Assembly (NCBI RefSeq): GCF_041146345.1
Contig: NW_027191410.1
Coordinates: 806,001-870,000 of the forward strand
Length of the DNA: 64,000 nt
Direction: 5' to 3'
Source: Neodothiora populina
Lineage: Eukaryota
The translations under genes were made by a program, and so were the position numbers. The notes under the pieces were generated by a model, which made no database searches, was not told where the DNA came from, and saw only the letters and a list, made by a program, of their open reading frames with translations. Positions 36,270 through 48,507 of this stretch are shown here, piece by piece. Positions within the stretch are counted from its first letter, which is position 1, and each line of letters begins with the position of its first letter.

Positions 36270-37354
36270 CATTGGAAGCGCCGGTCCATCTTATCGACAC
36301 GCCTGGTTCCGATGGAAGTAACACCTCAGATGCTCTCTTGCTCGAGGATGTTGCTGCTTGCTTGAACCAAGCATGTACCTATGGAGTCCAGGTGAGCGGA
36401 ATCATCTACCTGCATGCCATAAACAACCCTCGCGCACAAGGCTCTATCAAAACAGCACTTCGTATCGTGAAGAAGATCTGCGGTGAAGATGCGTACTCCA
36501 TTATGCTGCTTGGATCGACGATGTGGAACAAGGAAGACTTTGAGAATGCGAGAAGACGAGAAGAAGAGTTCATGAACGATCAAGATCTCTGGGGGGATAT
36601 GATCGCTGCTGGGAGTAAGTCCTTCAGGTTTTATAACGACTGGGAGTCTGCTTTGACTGCGTGCGATTATATTATCCAGCAGGGACAAAGAAAGACGCTT
36701 GCGCTGTCGCATCAGATGGTTGATGAGCATAAGTCTCTGAATGAGACGGACGCAGGCATTGAGATGCAGGAAGAAATTCTAGGTCTTCAAGCGCTTTGAA
36801 AGTCTAATCTCGCAGAAGCGAGGAGGGAGGCTAGAAGAGCGGCGAGATCGAGAAATATAGAGCTTGCATCTGCGTTCGATGCATCGAAGGAGGAGCTAAG
36901 ATTGCAGCTGTACAATGGTGAGAGAGCTTTAGCTATGATGCATGGAGATGTGGAGGCGCTACATGCTAGGAGTATAGCTACATTGCAGGAAGAATTGGAG
37001 GAGCTGAAGAGAAGTAGAATGCGGCATGAACAACAGCGGGTAGAGATGATGCTGGAGATGAGTAGTCTGAGGGATCGAATAAGAGACCAAGGGGTAGAAA
37101 TCGGGTCTGAGGCAGCTCGATCTCGAAGAACAGCTTCCGATGCAATTCCGCTAAACTCCGAGGAGGCCGCAAGGCTTTTGGAAATGTACAACGAGTGCAA
37201 GAGGAAACTGGTTCTTCTGAAAAAGCGACAGGCCATTAATAAGCATCGAGAGGACACTTGTTTGAATAGGATCGGAGTTGGGGCTGGTGTCGTAGGGGCT
37301 GCTTTCCAGATCGCAGCAGTGGCCATGACTGTGGCAGCTTGTGCTATCATGTAG
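36270..37354 (+). pseudogene. Degenerate AIG1/GIMAP/septin-like P-loop GTPase with coiled coil, C-terminal hydrophobic helix and CaaX
   Basis: LIDTPG (G3), SGIIYLH, KKICG..STMW..RREEE motifs; no G1 P-loop upstream; in-frame TGA at 36797 between two same-frame ORFs; ends CAIM*. Confidence 0.7.
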
Positions 37355-37859
37355 TCCAGTCGTTACGACAAGGGTATGGGAGAGGATGGCATACTGTATT
37401 TAACGCTGAGAGCTAAGCCTGCTAGTAGCCCTAGGTTTCCCAAGGAGCACTCTAGACATATTGGGAACAACAATGGGCATTAGGCACTGCTGGATGCAAG
37501 GTACTCACGAAAGGAATACACAAGCTCGAGTAAGTCTGACAAACTACCTGCAAAGCTTTGCACATATCATGTCTTCAGAGCGGCCTGAACTATAAGCGTC
37601 TACTGCCCATCTCTCTTCAACAATGTTCCTGATAATTGTGTGGTTTGCCTTAGAGATTGTTTGTTGTATGTGGTGCTGCTCCAGACTTACTAAGGTAATT
37701 GGAAGATAGAAGAGCAAAAGAAGTAGAGTAGTGGGGCCAGAGCACAAGCCTACCCGGACGTCAAAGTACAAGTACCTAACTAGGTACCTTTCACTTGAAG
37801 GTGAGGCTTGTCACAGGGTTCAGTGGCACTTCCATTCGCGCGCTTAATATAAGGTAGGA

Positions 37860-37865
37860 ACGCGT
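37860..37865. promoter_or_regulatory. MCB-like box ACGCGT with nearby CGCG cores upstream of CAC1
   Basis: Perfect ACGCGT plus CGCG at about 37838 and 37880; fits an S-phase MBF-regulated gene. Confidence 0.45.
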
Positions 37866-38077
37866 CTGCGTCTCTGACCGCGTCGACCTGTTCGATCGCA
37901 GCTTCCCCAGTATTGATCACCCATTCCTAATATTCATTGCCATCCTTGGGATCTATCAGGTTCACCACTTAGTAGTAATCGGGCAATTGCTGTCAATCTC
38001 GTCCACTACTACATGATACCATCTCGTGATCATCGACGCGGCCTAGTACCCCTGCTCGTCTCCATCGTCAACTTGTC

Positions 38078-40112
38078 ATGATGGACGCTATGGACATTTG
38101 TCCTGCTCCACAGAAGAATCCTCTAAAACGATCACTGAATCAAGACGACCTTAATGGCTCTCACAATCAAGACGCAGCCATGGGCAGAGAGCCAGGCTCA
38201 ATTCCAACACCTCCGCTTACCGCAAGTCCCAACCAAGATGTGGCCCCTCGACAACCAAGCCCTGCGCCGAGCAATTCCACGCTCAGCAGTGTAGCGACGT
38301 TTACGGACCCGAGTAAACCATCTGCAGACAACTCTTCGGCGCCTCCTGCCAAGAAGCGCAAATTGACTAACGCTGAGAAAGAATCTCAACGTCTGGAGAA
38401 GGAGCACAAGAAGCGTGAGAGGGAAGAGGAGAAGGCGAAACGTGATGAGGAGAAGAGAATGAAGGACGAGGAGAGGCGGAGGAAGCGAGAGGAGAGAGAA
38501 GCCAAGGAGAGAGAGAAGGAATTGGAAAAGCAGCGCAAGGAACATGAGAGGCAACTAAAGGAGGAGGAGAAGTTGAAAAAGGAGAGAGTGCGTAGAACCT
38601 CAATTTGCCATAACTCTGGTATCTTGCTAACTATTGCGACAGAGCCAGCCCAAGCTCGCCGCCTTTTTCGCGAAGCCCAAGACCCCCGTCATAGGCTCCA
38701 CTTCACCGGTGAAGTCGCAGAAAACAGTGACAGATGTCCGGCAATCTTCATTAAGAGAACCAGAGGAGCCTTCTCGAGACACTTCCGAGCACACGCCGAG
38801 TAAGAAGCAGTCGAACAAGAGGCGAGACTACGAACGCAAGTTTTTACCGTTCCAACTGCCGTCTCATACCATTATGGCGCCATATCTTCCGCCAGCCGTA
38901 TCAGAGTCAGATTATTCACAGGAAAGCTTTGATCGACTGCTGGAGACGATACTCAGCGACAACGGTCCGTCTCGCCAGCCTGATTCTCTGAGCACTTTCT
39001 TTGCCGATTTCATGAGCAGGTCTCGCGGATTATGGCAGCCTAACGCGCGTGAGGTTATGGAGAGCCTGAATGGTGATTCTCATTGTCCTATAGACCTCAC
39101 AGATGAGTCGGGTGAAACGTACCGTCCCGAAGATCTACTGAAATCCGTCACTATTCGCCACCTTCACTTCGCAGAAGATGTGCGACCGCCATACTCAGGA
39201 TCATACACTAAACCGCTGTCTCCAAGAAGCACTGCAAAGCTCAAGCGAAGACCTTATAGCAGAGTCCGTAAAGACACCAACTACGACTATGACTCGGAAG
39301 CCGAGTGGGAGGAAGCTGGTGAGGGCGAGGATCTATTGTCTGACGGGGAAGATGATGAAGAGAGCATAGGAGCTCCCGACGAGATGGAGGACTTTCTTGA
39401 CGAGGATGAAGCAGGCCCGAAGCGACGCCTGATCACTGGAGATCTCGAGCCCGTCAGCACAGGGCTTTGTTGGGAAGGCACACCTGACGAACGCAACCGG
39501 GACAGCGGAGCTGTAGTCGATCTGGACAGTATGAGGTTGGAGTTCTTCCTTGGTAAGATACTGTTCGTTCTTACAGCATCAAGCAACGCTAACATAGGCA
39601 TAGAGCTTCCCAAGCCTTCGATAAATCCTTTCTCGTCCGTCTACTGGCCCCAGGAGGCAACACGCGCATCACACGCTGCCACTACTTCTGACACGAAACG
39701 AGCGACTCTTCTAGAGGGTGGCAAGATCGTCTCTCCAAGACCACCATTACAGCCACGCTCAAGCACCAATGGAGCAGGCATCATCGGCGCTGTCAGCGGA
39801 ACAACAGGTCCCATCATGGTAGATCGCTCTGCTAAGCTGACGAAGCCGACTGCGAAACCGTTGAAAGGGAATGAATTGAAGGTGTTCAGGGAAGCTGTAG
39901 TTGGCAGTAATGTGCCGAAGACTGATCTTCTCAAGGCACTGAAAAAGAGGTATTTTCCCCCATAAATCGACTCTGGTATGATCGACGCTTACATGATCAA
40001 CAGGTTCCCCAGTTTTACAAATGATACCATAAAGTCAACGCTGACTGAACGGTTCAAATTCTCTGGCGGCAGTAGAGTCGAAAAGGTCTGGACTTTCGCT
40101 GAGCAAGACTGA
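38078..40112 (+). CDS. RLF2: Chromatin assembly factor 1 subunit A (Cac1/Rlf2/p150); multi-exon
   Basis: KER-rich coiled coil, PIP-like QPKLAAFF, FAEDVRPPYSGS, NYDYDSEAEWEE, acidic ED domain. Confidence 0.9.
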
Positions 40113-40714
40113 TCGCCACATCATATTTCATTATCAGCAACGTTGACCAAGACATACACTGGTTGTAATGACCGAAGCCTTGTCGTAAATAGGACGACAT
40201 GTATGGACTACTTGTGTGAGATTTCATTATTCGTGAATAGCATTAGTGCAATGCATTCGCAACAGCACAGAGGTCGTTGTGACCTTCCGGTATGGACATG
40301 GCGCTATCCCATCATGGAACAAATACGTAGCAAGACAGAGGATATAACATATTTAATCGAGCATACCTTATGCATCGAAGCCTCGACGATGGACGTTATC
40401 GAACGTCGCATTTCACTGATCGGTCCCTATGTTGATTGAGAGCTCTTGTCTCATTTTGTAGGACTTTACGTGTGTCCCTACCCGTGTCTAGAGGACATGA
40501 GGCAATAATCAAAGAGTTTACGGGAACGTACTTACTGTAGAACATCAATTCTTGTACTGGCTGCGGCACATGTTCGAAGCCGCTGCGGTGAGATCATCGG
40601 GTCTTCTGCAGAGACCCTGACCAACGCCATGTTTAATTCCTTTCCATCTAGTCGACAAACACCTTTGTTTACTATCTTATTATTACACATTCTGTTGTTC
40701 TCCGCCCTACGCGC

Positions 40715-42391
40715 ATGCCCGGTGTGAATGCTCTGGTAGGGAGGCTTGTCTCTCGTGCTGACGAAGGTCAAGCATCACATGCCTTCTCTGCAACGTTTGT
40801 GGCTGCCACGATTTGTCTGATCTGGTATTGCGCCGTGTCTGTTGTCTGTCTAGTAGGGTCCACGCAACTGTATGAGCAGAGATCGTAGCAACATACTATG
40901 CATCTTGCTGACTACATATTCAGATTCCGCTATTACTCTCGTCCTCCCCCATCTTCCAAGTCGGCTCAATCGTCGACAACAGCCCCATATGTCACAATCA
41001 TCCGACCGCTGAAAGGCCTGGAGCCAAACCTCTACCAATGTCTTGCTGCGACATTCTTGCAGGACTATCCCAAGGACAAGCTTACCATCTTCTTCTGTGT
41101 TCCTGACCGAAACGACCCAGCCGGCCCGGTGCTGAAGCAGCTTCTAGACGACTTTCCAGGGTTCGATGCACAATGCGTGGTCGAAGAAGATGACCCAGCA
41201 TTGCAAGGACATGGCGCTCAGCAGACTCTCGGCCCTAATCCTAAGATCCGCAATATGAGCAGGGCATACCGTGAAGCCAAGGGCGACATCGTGTGGATTA
41301 TCGATTGCAATGTCTGGGTTGCCAAGGGCGCATGCGGAAGGATGGTTGATACACTGATTGGCAACAGAGGAATCCAGAATAAATTTGTCCATCTTCTGCC
41401 TTTGGTCGTTGACGTTGCAGGGACTCCGGTCTCCGAAGGCTCGCAAGCTTTGTTGGGCACAGACACTTCGAATGGTCAATTCAAGGTCTTCACGTCTAGC
41501 ACAGAAAGTCACCAACTTCGGACAGATGCCAGTTTTGACGTCTGGAAGGATGGAGGTGGCCGCATCGAAGAGCTCTTCATGTCTTCCGCGCACGCTAAAT
41601 TCTATACTGCCATCAACACAGTCCTCGTTGCTCCTTGCATCGTTGGAAAGTCTACCATGTTCCGGAGATCACACCTGAACAGCCTTACCGAGGGCAAAGG
41701 CATTGACTTCTTTTCTGAGAACATCTGTGAGGACCACCTTATCGGTGATCTTCTGTGGAAGAAGCAGGTGACTGCGGAGCGTCAAGGACAGAAGTGGGGC
41801 AAGCATGCTATGGTCTTTGGAGATCTCGCAATCCAACCAATGGCGGGAATGAGCGTCCGCGAATACATTGCAAGACGCGTGAGATGGCTACGAGTCCGGA
41901 AATTCACTGTCACTCTTGCGACCTTTGTAGAGCCTGGGACAGAGAGCTTTTTATGCTCCTTGTATGGCGCCTACGCTTTCACAACTCTTCCGTTCTTCCA
42001 TGATCGCTTCGCCATACCGCAAACATGGACAGCCTTCGCTTTGATCTGGCTCGCAAGTGTGTCTCTCTGGTGCTTTATGGACTGGACTCTCTACAAAAAG
42101 CTGCATTCGGGTGCCTCTATCGAGACAGACGAGCATACGCCCACTTTCGCACTGCCGCCCACAGGATCCTCTAGAAGACCATTCACCGTCTGGCTGTGGG
42201 CATGGCTAGCGAGAGAAGGCTTGGCAGGGCCGATCTGGCTTTGGGCCGTATATGGTGGTGCGACGGTCGCGTGGCGCGGCAAGAAGTTCTGGGTGGGCAT
42301 GGATATGAAAGTTCATGAAATCTCGCCCGAGGCTAAAGGTCAGTCTAATGGTAAGACCTCACATGTACCTCTCAAAACTCGTCAGGACTGA
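40715..42391 (+). CDS. Ceramide glucosyltransferase (GT21, Hsx11/Gcs1-like); intron 40870-40923
   Basis: N-terminal TM exon, VTIIRPLKG, GPNPKIRNM, WIIDCN, VGKS, CEDHLI and RRVRWLRVRK motifs. Confidence 0.92.
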
Positions 42392-43372
42392 GCTGTGCTG
42401 GTCTCTCATCATCATTACCTAGAATAGACGCCGCACCAGATGCGATTCATCCATTGCTCTTTCAAGGATTCAAACGTTGCTGAAATGTCGAATAAATGTC
42501 GCTTCACTTATCATAAATGATAGCTCACTGTGCTATTACGACGTCCGTGATGTGTGAAACGGTCTTGTGTTGCTTTTCCTCATATCACGGCTCGATGCCT
42601 CCAGAGTGCTCATAAGGTCGCGAAAGTAGCTTTGAAAGCACAAGGTTGGGAGAACACAGCGAACAACTTCACGTGTAGAGGACCACATTTTCATTTCACT
42701 CAACACAACACCTACAAACCTCATACGCTACCCCCGCCACACATGTAAAGACTCGCCGAACAAGCAAGGAATCATCAGTGTACGTTACATAAATCATAAC
42801 TCGCTCAAGGGACCAAGAGAACACTGACCAGACCCAGTCCTGAAATGATCAAGAATGCCCGAAGGTGTGTGATGGCTTTGGACAGGGTTGCCCTAGAGTA
42901 CCTGGACTGGCACCTGCCAATCACCCCACTTCGACGCGCTAATTAGGACAGGAGCGGGGTGGGAGGCTTTTGACGCGTTCGAAAGTACCGCTGCCAATGT
43001 TGGCGGTCGAGGATCAGAGCAAAGAAGTTGCATTTAAGAGATGTAGGTACCACAGTATGAGTACATATCTATACCAGTAGAGGTCAGATCAGCTCTTACT
43101 GCTACTGTATCAGAATAAGAACATAGGTAGGAAGCAAGCCAAAGCGGCTTAGCCTGAAATCTGGTGAAACTTCGGGAAGGACGAGGTAATAATGCAGCCC
43201 ACCCCCGCGTTTTGCAAGGGTCCGACAACGGGTAAGGGCGAGATTTTTTGTTTTATGTGACTATTTCCGTTCGGCGTCATGTGAATTACTTTCCATTCCA
43301 GCTCTCTCTCACTTGCCCACCCGGCGTGTGAGGATCAACAAAACTTATCATTCTTTCCTTTCGTCCCTGATC

Positions 43373-46300
43373 ATGTCTTCGCAAGGCACGTATCTGGCTC
43401 TGCCGGGATCGTCGGCCTTTTCTGACTTCAGACTTGGTCCTATCGCAGCCGCGATCGGTGCCACTGAGGTCCGGGCTGTCTGGATTCACTATGTGAATCT
43501 GAAGCAGGAGCTTCAGGAAGAACAGGGAAAGGTGCTGGATCAGCTATTGGAGTACGGCGCCTATCTCGCTCCCCAGGACAAACTCTTCCAGGTGCTCTTA
43601 GATGCGATTGCCCGCAACGGAGAGGCTAGAGGCGAGAACACTAAGCTCTACTATGTATCGCCGAGAGCAGGCACAGTATCACCGTGGAGTTCAAAGGCCA
43701 CCAACATTGCGCATGTTTGTGGCCTGCAGGATCATGTCAAGCGTATCGAGCGTGGAATGGTAATCGCTGCCACTTTCTCGTCTCTGCCTGAGAAGGATAG
43801 CATTCCTAATCCCGATGCTCTTCACGATCGCATGACCCAGCTCATCGGTACTTCTCCACCGGATCTTGACCTCATGTTCGCCGAGTCTGAGCCCGCAGAA
43901 GCCGAGGCCATCGAGCTATATGCTGAAGGCAAGACGCCTAGAGACGCGCTTGAAGAGGCGAATCGTAGACTCGGTCTGGCTTTAGATAAGTCCGAGATTG
44001 ACTACCTTGTGGATGCCTACGGTAACCAGCTCAATCGAGCTCCCATGGATGTCGAGCTCTTCATGTTTGCTCAGGTCAACTCCGAGCACTGTAGACACAA
44101 GCAATTCAACGCTGACTGGACAATTGATGGCATGCGCAAGCCCCGCAGCTTGTTCTCCATGATCCGCAACACTCACAAGCAGAACCCAGGATTTGTTGTA
44201 AGTGCATACAGCGACAACGCGGCGGTCCTACAAGGTCCGACGGCCAGTCACTGGGCGCCCGAGCACGCCACTGGTGAATGGAAGCAGTTCAAGGAAGTCG
44301 TCCATTTCCTTGCGAAGGTCGAAACACATAACCATCCCACAGCAATCTCCCCATACCCTGGAGCAGCTACTGGCTCAGGCGGAGAGATCCGTGATGAGGG
44401 CGCTGTTGGAAGAGGTTCCAAGCCGAAAGCTGGTCTTGCAGGATTCAATGTGTCCGATCTCCACATTCCTGGCCACGAGCAGCCGTGGGAAATCGACGTT
44501 GGCCGACCCAGCCACATTGCAAGCAGTTTAGATATCATGCTCGAGGCTCCTATTGGTAGCGCAGCTTTCAACAACGAGTTTGGAAGACCTTGCACCACCG
44601 GATATTTCAGGACTCTCCTCACGGAAGTACCGATCGAGGATGGAAAGACCGAAATCAGAGGATATCACAAGCCAATCATGCTTGCCGGAGGTGTTGGTAC
44701 CGTTCGGCCCGAACATGCCATAAAGCACGCAGATGTGGTCAAGCCAGGCTCCCACGTCATCGTTCTGGGTGGTCCAGCCATGCTCATTGGTCTTGGAGGT
44801 GGTGCTGCATCCAGTATCCAGTCTGGTGAGGGAAGTGTTGACCTTGACTTTGCCAGTGTGCAAAGAGGCAATGCCGAGGTCCAGAGACGCGCGCAGGAAG
44901 TCATCAACACTTGCACCTCTATGGGAGCATCCAACCCCATTTTGATGATTCACGATGTCGGTGCAGGTGGCTTGTCCAATGCACTGCCCGAGTTGGTGCA
45001 TGATGCCAGTCTAGGAGCCAAGTTCGAGTTAAGGGAAGTGGACAATGCCGATAGAAGTCTCAGCCCTCTTCAGATCTGGTGTTGCGAAGCCCAGGAGCGG
45101 TACGTCATGGCTGTCTCCCCTGAAGGTCTGGAAACCTTCATCAAGATCTGCAAGCGTGAGCGATGCGGATTCTCGGTTGTTGGTGAAGCGAATGAGGGTA
45201 TCGAAGGTCAGGACAAGCGACTCATACTCATGGATCGCGAGTCTGAGAAGTACCCAACCCCTATCGATCTGCCAATGTCCATTCTCTTTGGCAAGCCACC
45301 CAAGATGTCCAGGATCGTGGAGTCGCGGAAGCTCAAGCTTCCCGCATTCGATAGCAGTCTTGCCACCTACCTTCCAAAGATGCCCACTAACGACGTCTTT
45401 GGCGAGGCCGTCAAGCGGGTGCTATCTCTCCCCTCGGTCGCTTCGAAATCGTTCCTCATCACCATCGGCGATCGAAGTGTTGGTGGTTTGACAGTCAGAG
45501 ATCAAATGGTCGGTCCATGGCAAACACCCGTTGCTGATGTGTCTGTCACTGCCACATCACTTCTGCCCGGTGTCAAGACTGGTGAGGCTATGGCTCTAGG
45601 AGAGAAGCCAAACCTCGCTCTCATCTCCGGAGCGGCCTCTGCTCGCATGGCTGTAGCAGAGTCCCTAATGAACCTTGCGGCTGCCAGCACTACCGGAAGA
45701 CTCGAGCGCGTCAGTCTTTCCGCCAACTGGATGGCGGCAAGTGGCCACCCTGGAGAGGGTGCCAACTTGTACGAGGCTGTCGAAGCCATCGGCATGGACT
45801 TGTGTCCTCAGCTTGGCATCAACATTCCGGTTGGCAAGGACTCGATGTCCATGAGCATGAAGTGGAAGGACCAGAAGACCCAAGAGCCAAAGGCAGTCAC
45901 TGCTCCGTTGTCTCTTGTCATCACCGCGTTCGCCCCTGTGGATCACATCAGTTGGACCTGGACACCTGCACTCAGACGAGTCGAAGATGTTGGTGAGACC
46001 GTACTCTTGTACGTTGATCTCGCGCAGGGTCGCAAAGCCCTGGGCGGTTCCGCTCTCGCACAGGTGTTTGGCAAGGTTGGTGACGTCGCCCCTGACGTCC
46101 ATGATGCAGAGATCATCAAGGACTTCTACGATGCCGTGGAACAGCTCCACGAGTCTGGTATTGTGCTCGCTTACCACGACCGATCAGACGGTGGTCTCTT
46201 TACTACATTGACTGAGATGATGTTTGCGGGACGTACTGGTCTCGAAATCATGCTCGACGGTATCTCCAAGTCCAGCAACACCAGTGACGTGATGGAAGCC

Positions 46301-47491
46301 CTCTTCAACGAGGAACTTGGTGCCGTGTTCCAAGTCCGAAAGAAGGATGAGATCAACTTTCACCGTTGCTTTGCAAGCTGTGGTCCTCCTCCTGGCATGA
46401 TCAAGAAGATCGGACGAGTCCCTGCCGCAAGCAAGCAAGAAATCACCTTCTACTGGAAAGAGGATTGCATCTACCGTGAGAGCCGTTCCAAACTGCAGCA
46501 ACGTTGGGCTTCGACCTCTTGTGCCATGCAGCGCCTGAGAGACAACCCTGTATGCGCTGATGCAGAACTTGCCAACATTGTCGACGACAAAGATCCTGGT
46601 CTGCAATACAAGCTCAACTTCAACCCCAAGGAGAACATTCTGCCTTTCACGGCTACCATCGCTCAGGCAATTAGTTCAAAGCCTCGTGTTGCAATCCTTC
46701 GCGAGGAGGGCATCAACGGTCAAGCCGAGATGGCCTTTGCATTCAACGTGGCTGGCTTCTCAGCTGTTGATGTTCACATGACTGATATTCTCACTGGCCG
46801 TGTGTCACTACAGTCGTTTGTTGGATTAGCGGCATGCGGTGGCTTTTCATATGGCGATGTTCTCGGCGCTGGTCAAGGCTGGGCGAAGAGCGTCTTGCTA
46901 CACTCCGAGGCACGCAAGGAGTTCAAGGACTTCTTCGAGCGTAAGGATACCTTCACGCTCGGTGTCTGCAACGGATGTCAGTTCCTTTCCCGCTTGACAG
47001 AGCTCATCCCCGGCACTGAGTCATGGCCGACATTCGAGCGTAACGTTAGCGAGCAATACGAGGCCCGAGTGTGTATGGTAGAAGTGAGCGAAGCACCTAC
47101 AGGAAAGCAGCCCTCAGTATTCTTGCATGGCATGAACGGCTCCTACCTCCCGATTGTCACTGCTCACGGTGAGGGTCAAGCCACCTTCGACGCTGGCGTT
47201 GCAAGCAGCTCCAGCCCACAAGCGCTCATCAACGAGGGACTCGTGTCGATGAGATACGTAGACAACTATCTCAAGCCGACCGAGAAATACCCTTATAACC
47301 CCAACGGAAGTCCTCTGGGCATCACTGGCGTGCGATCACCCGATGGTCGCGTGCTCGCCATGATGCCTCATCCCGAGCGCACTATCCTTAAGGATGTCGG
47401 CAGCTACGTTCCAAAGGAGCTTGCCTGGCAATGGGGTGAATTCGGACCATGGGTACGTATGTTCAAGAGCGCAAGACGCTGGGTCGGTTAA
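43373..47491 (+). CDS. ADE6: Phosphoribosylformylglycinamidine synthase (PurL), intronless
   Basis: QVNSEHCRHK, KVETHNHPTAISP, HDVGAGGLSNA, GGFSYGD, LGVCNGCQ, MMPHPER. Confidence 0.97.
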   Translation: MSSQGTYLALPGSSAFSDFRLGPIAAAIGATEVRAVWIHYVNLKQELQEEQGKVLDQLLEYGAYLAPQDKLFQVLLDAIARNGEARGENTKLYYVSPRAGTVSPWSSKATNIAHVCGLQDHVKRIERGMVIAATFSSLPEKDSIPNPDALHDRMTQLIGTSPPDLDLMFAESEPAEAEAIELYAEGKTPRDALEEANRRLGLALDKSEIDYLVDAYGNQLNRAPMDVELFMFAQVNSEHCRHKQFNADWTIDGMRKPRSLFSMIRNTHKQNPGFVVSAYSDNAAVLQGPTASHWAPEHATGEWKQFKEVVHFLAKVETHNHPTAISPYPGAATGSGGEIRDEGAVGRGSKPKAGLAGFNVSDLHIPGHEQPWEIDVGRPSHIASSLDIMLEAPIGSAAFNNEFGRPCTTGYFRTLLTEVPIEDGKTEIRGYHKPIMLAGGVGTVRPEHAIKHADVVKPGSHVIVLGGPAMLIGLGGGAASSIQSGEGSVDLDFASVQRGNAEVQRRAQEVINTCTSMGASNPILMIHDVGAGGLSNALPELVHDASLGAKFELREVDNADRSLSPLQIWCCEAQERYVMAVSPEGLETFIKICKRERCGFSVVGEANEGIEGQDKRLILMDRESEKYPTPIDLPMSILFGKPPKMSRIVESRKLKLPAFDSSLATYLPKMPTNDVFGEAVKRVLSLPSVASKSFLITIGDRSVGGLTVRDQMVGPWQTPVADVSVTATSLLPGVKTGEAMALGEKPNLALISGAASARMAVAESLMNLAAASTTGRLERVSLSANWMAASGHPGEGANLYEAVEAIGMDLCPQLGINIPVGKDSMSMSMKWKDQKTQEPKAVTAPLSLVITAFAPVDHISWTWTPALRRVEDVGETVLLYVDLAQGRKALGGSALAQVFGKVGDVAPDVHDAEIIKDFYDAVEQLHESGIVLAYHDRSDGGLFTTLTEMMFAGRTGLEIMLDGISKSSNTSDVMEALFNEELGAVFQVRKKDEINFHRCFASCGPPPGMIKKIGRVPAASKQEITFYWKEDCIYRESRSKLQQRWASTSCAMQRLRDNPVCADAELANIVDDKDPGLQYKLNFNPKENILPFTATIAQAISSKPRVAILREEGINGQAEMAFAFNVAGFSAVDVHMTDILTGRVSLQSFVGLAACGGFSYGDVLGAGQGWAKSVLLHSEARKEFKDFFERKDTFTLGVCNGCQFLSRLTELIPGTESWPTFERNVSEQYEARVCMVEVSEAPTGKQPSVFLHGMNGSYLPIVTAHGEGQATFDAGVASSSSPQALINEGLVSMRYVDNYLKPTEKYPYNPNGSPLGITGVRSPDGRVLAMMPHPERTILKDVGSYVPKELAWQWGEFGPWVRMFKSARRWVG

Positions 47492-48507
47492 AGGTTCGGA
47501 CAAGGAAAGGAAAGGGAAGGATAGATATGCGGACGCGATTTTAGAGGGCGCACAGGGATCCGGCGTTCAATATGTATGTAAATGCAGATTATGGAATCGA
47601 GTGAAATTTCATGGTTTTTGAGATTCTCGGTGCCTTCTTTACATGAGGTAGTGTATTTACACGAATCAGAAGCTGGGAATGCAGACGTGTATCACTACCT
47701 TATACGATAGCATATGAGACATTGCGGAGGTGTCCAGGTTTGTGTATCACTGTATGAATGTCATGACGATCGGGATGCTGATCGACATCTGGCAGATTTC
47801 CATAGTCGTACCACGCGTATGCTCTGACAGAGAGTCACATGAATGGTAAGGTAAGGTAGGTAAGGAGTGCACCAGGTGAGGACTTCCTTTATAGTGTGTG
47901 ACATAGATGTAGATGGAAGCCCCTCCTGAGTCATGCACTTTTTCTCGAGCAGACCAATCGGAGGCGATCAAGCTGCGGGAGTCGACTAGATGCGGTTAGA
48001 GCTCCCGTAGTTGCCGCGAACTAGTCAAAGCTTGGCGGAGTTTCGCGATGCTGTTGCCCCAACTCGCGTTCGAGTTGTTCCTCTGGAGTTGTTCTGTTCT
48101 GCAACTTAATCCGTTTCTTGTATTAAAATACCTTACTTTAGTGATTCCATCATCACGACCCAGCGCTATTTCCTGCGTCTCCTGCAAGCGGCATCTTACT
48201 ACAAAACACCAGATCACGGCGCGCGGCTCGGCATCTTACTGCTCTCTTGCCGACAATCACATTGATCGATACCCTGCCTTCTTTTCATCTGCGCCATCTA
48301 ACAAAGAGGCTTACACCCCGCGCGCTTGACACCTTTGCTACGACGCGGACCATCCACACCCGCCATCCTCGAACACCATCGTCGCACTACTCAGACTGAG
48401 CCACCAAGGACTTGCACGGACTGGCAGAACCCTCCATGGGCAACGCCGACAGCTTGTACTAAAGTGCTCTCAGACTCTCAGACTCTGAGGTCTGTGGCCG
48501 GCCCGCC

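Noticed and set aside
36797..36799. Selenocysteine, programmed readthrough or A-to-I-corrected stop
   Set aside because: No TGA-CTA context, the A is preceded by G rather than the U favoured by fungal editing, and the gene also lacks its P-loop
11544..42391. Elongase plus glucosylceramide synthase as a sphingolipid cluster
   Set aside because: About 28 kb apart with many unrelated genes between
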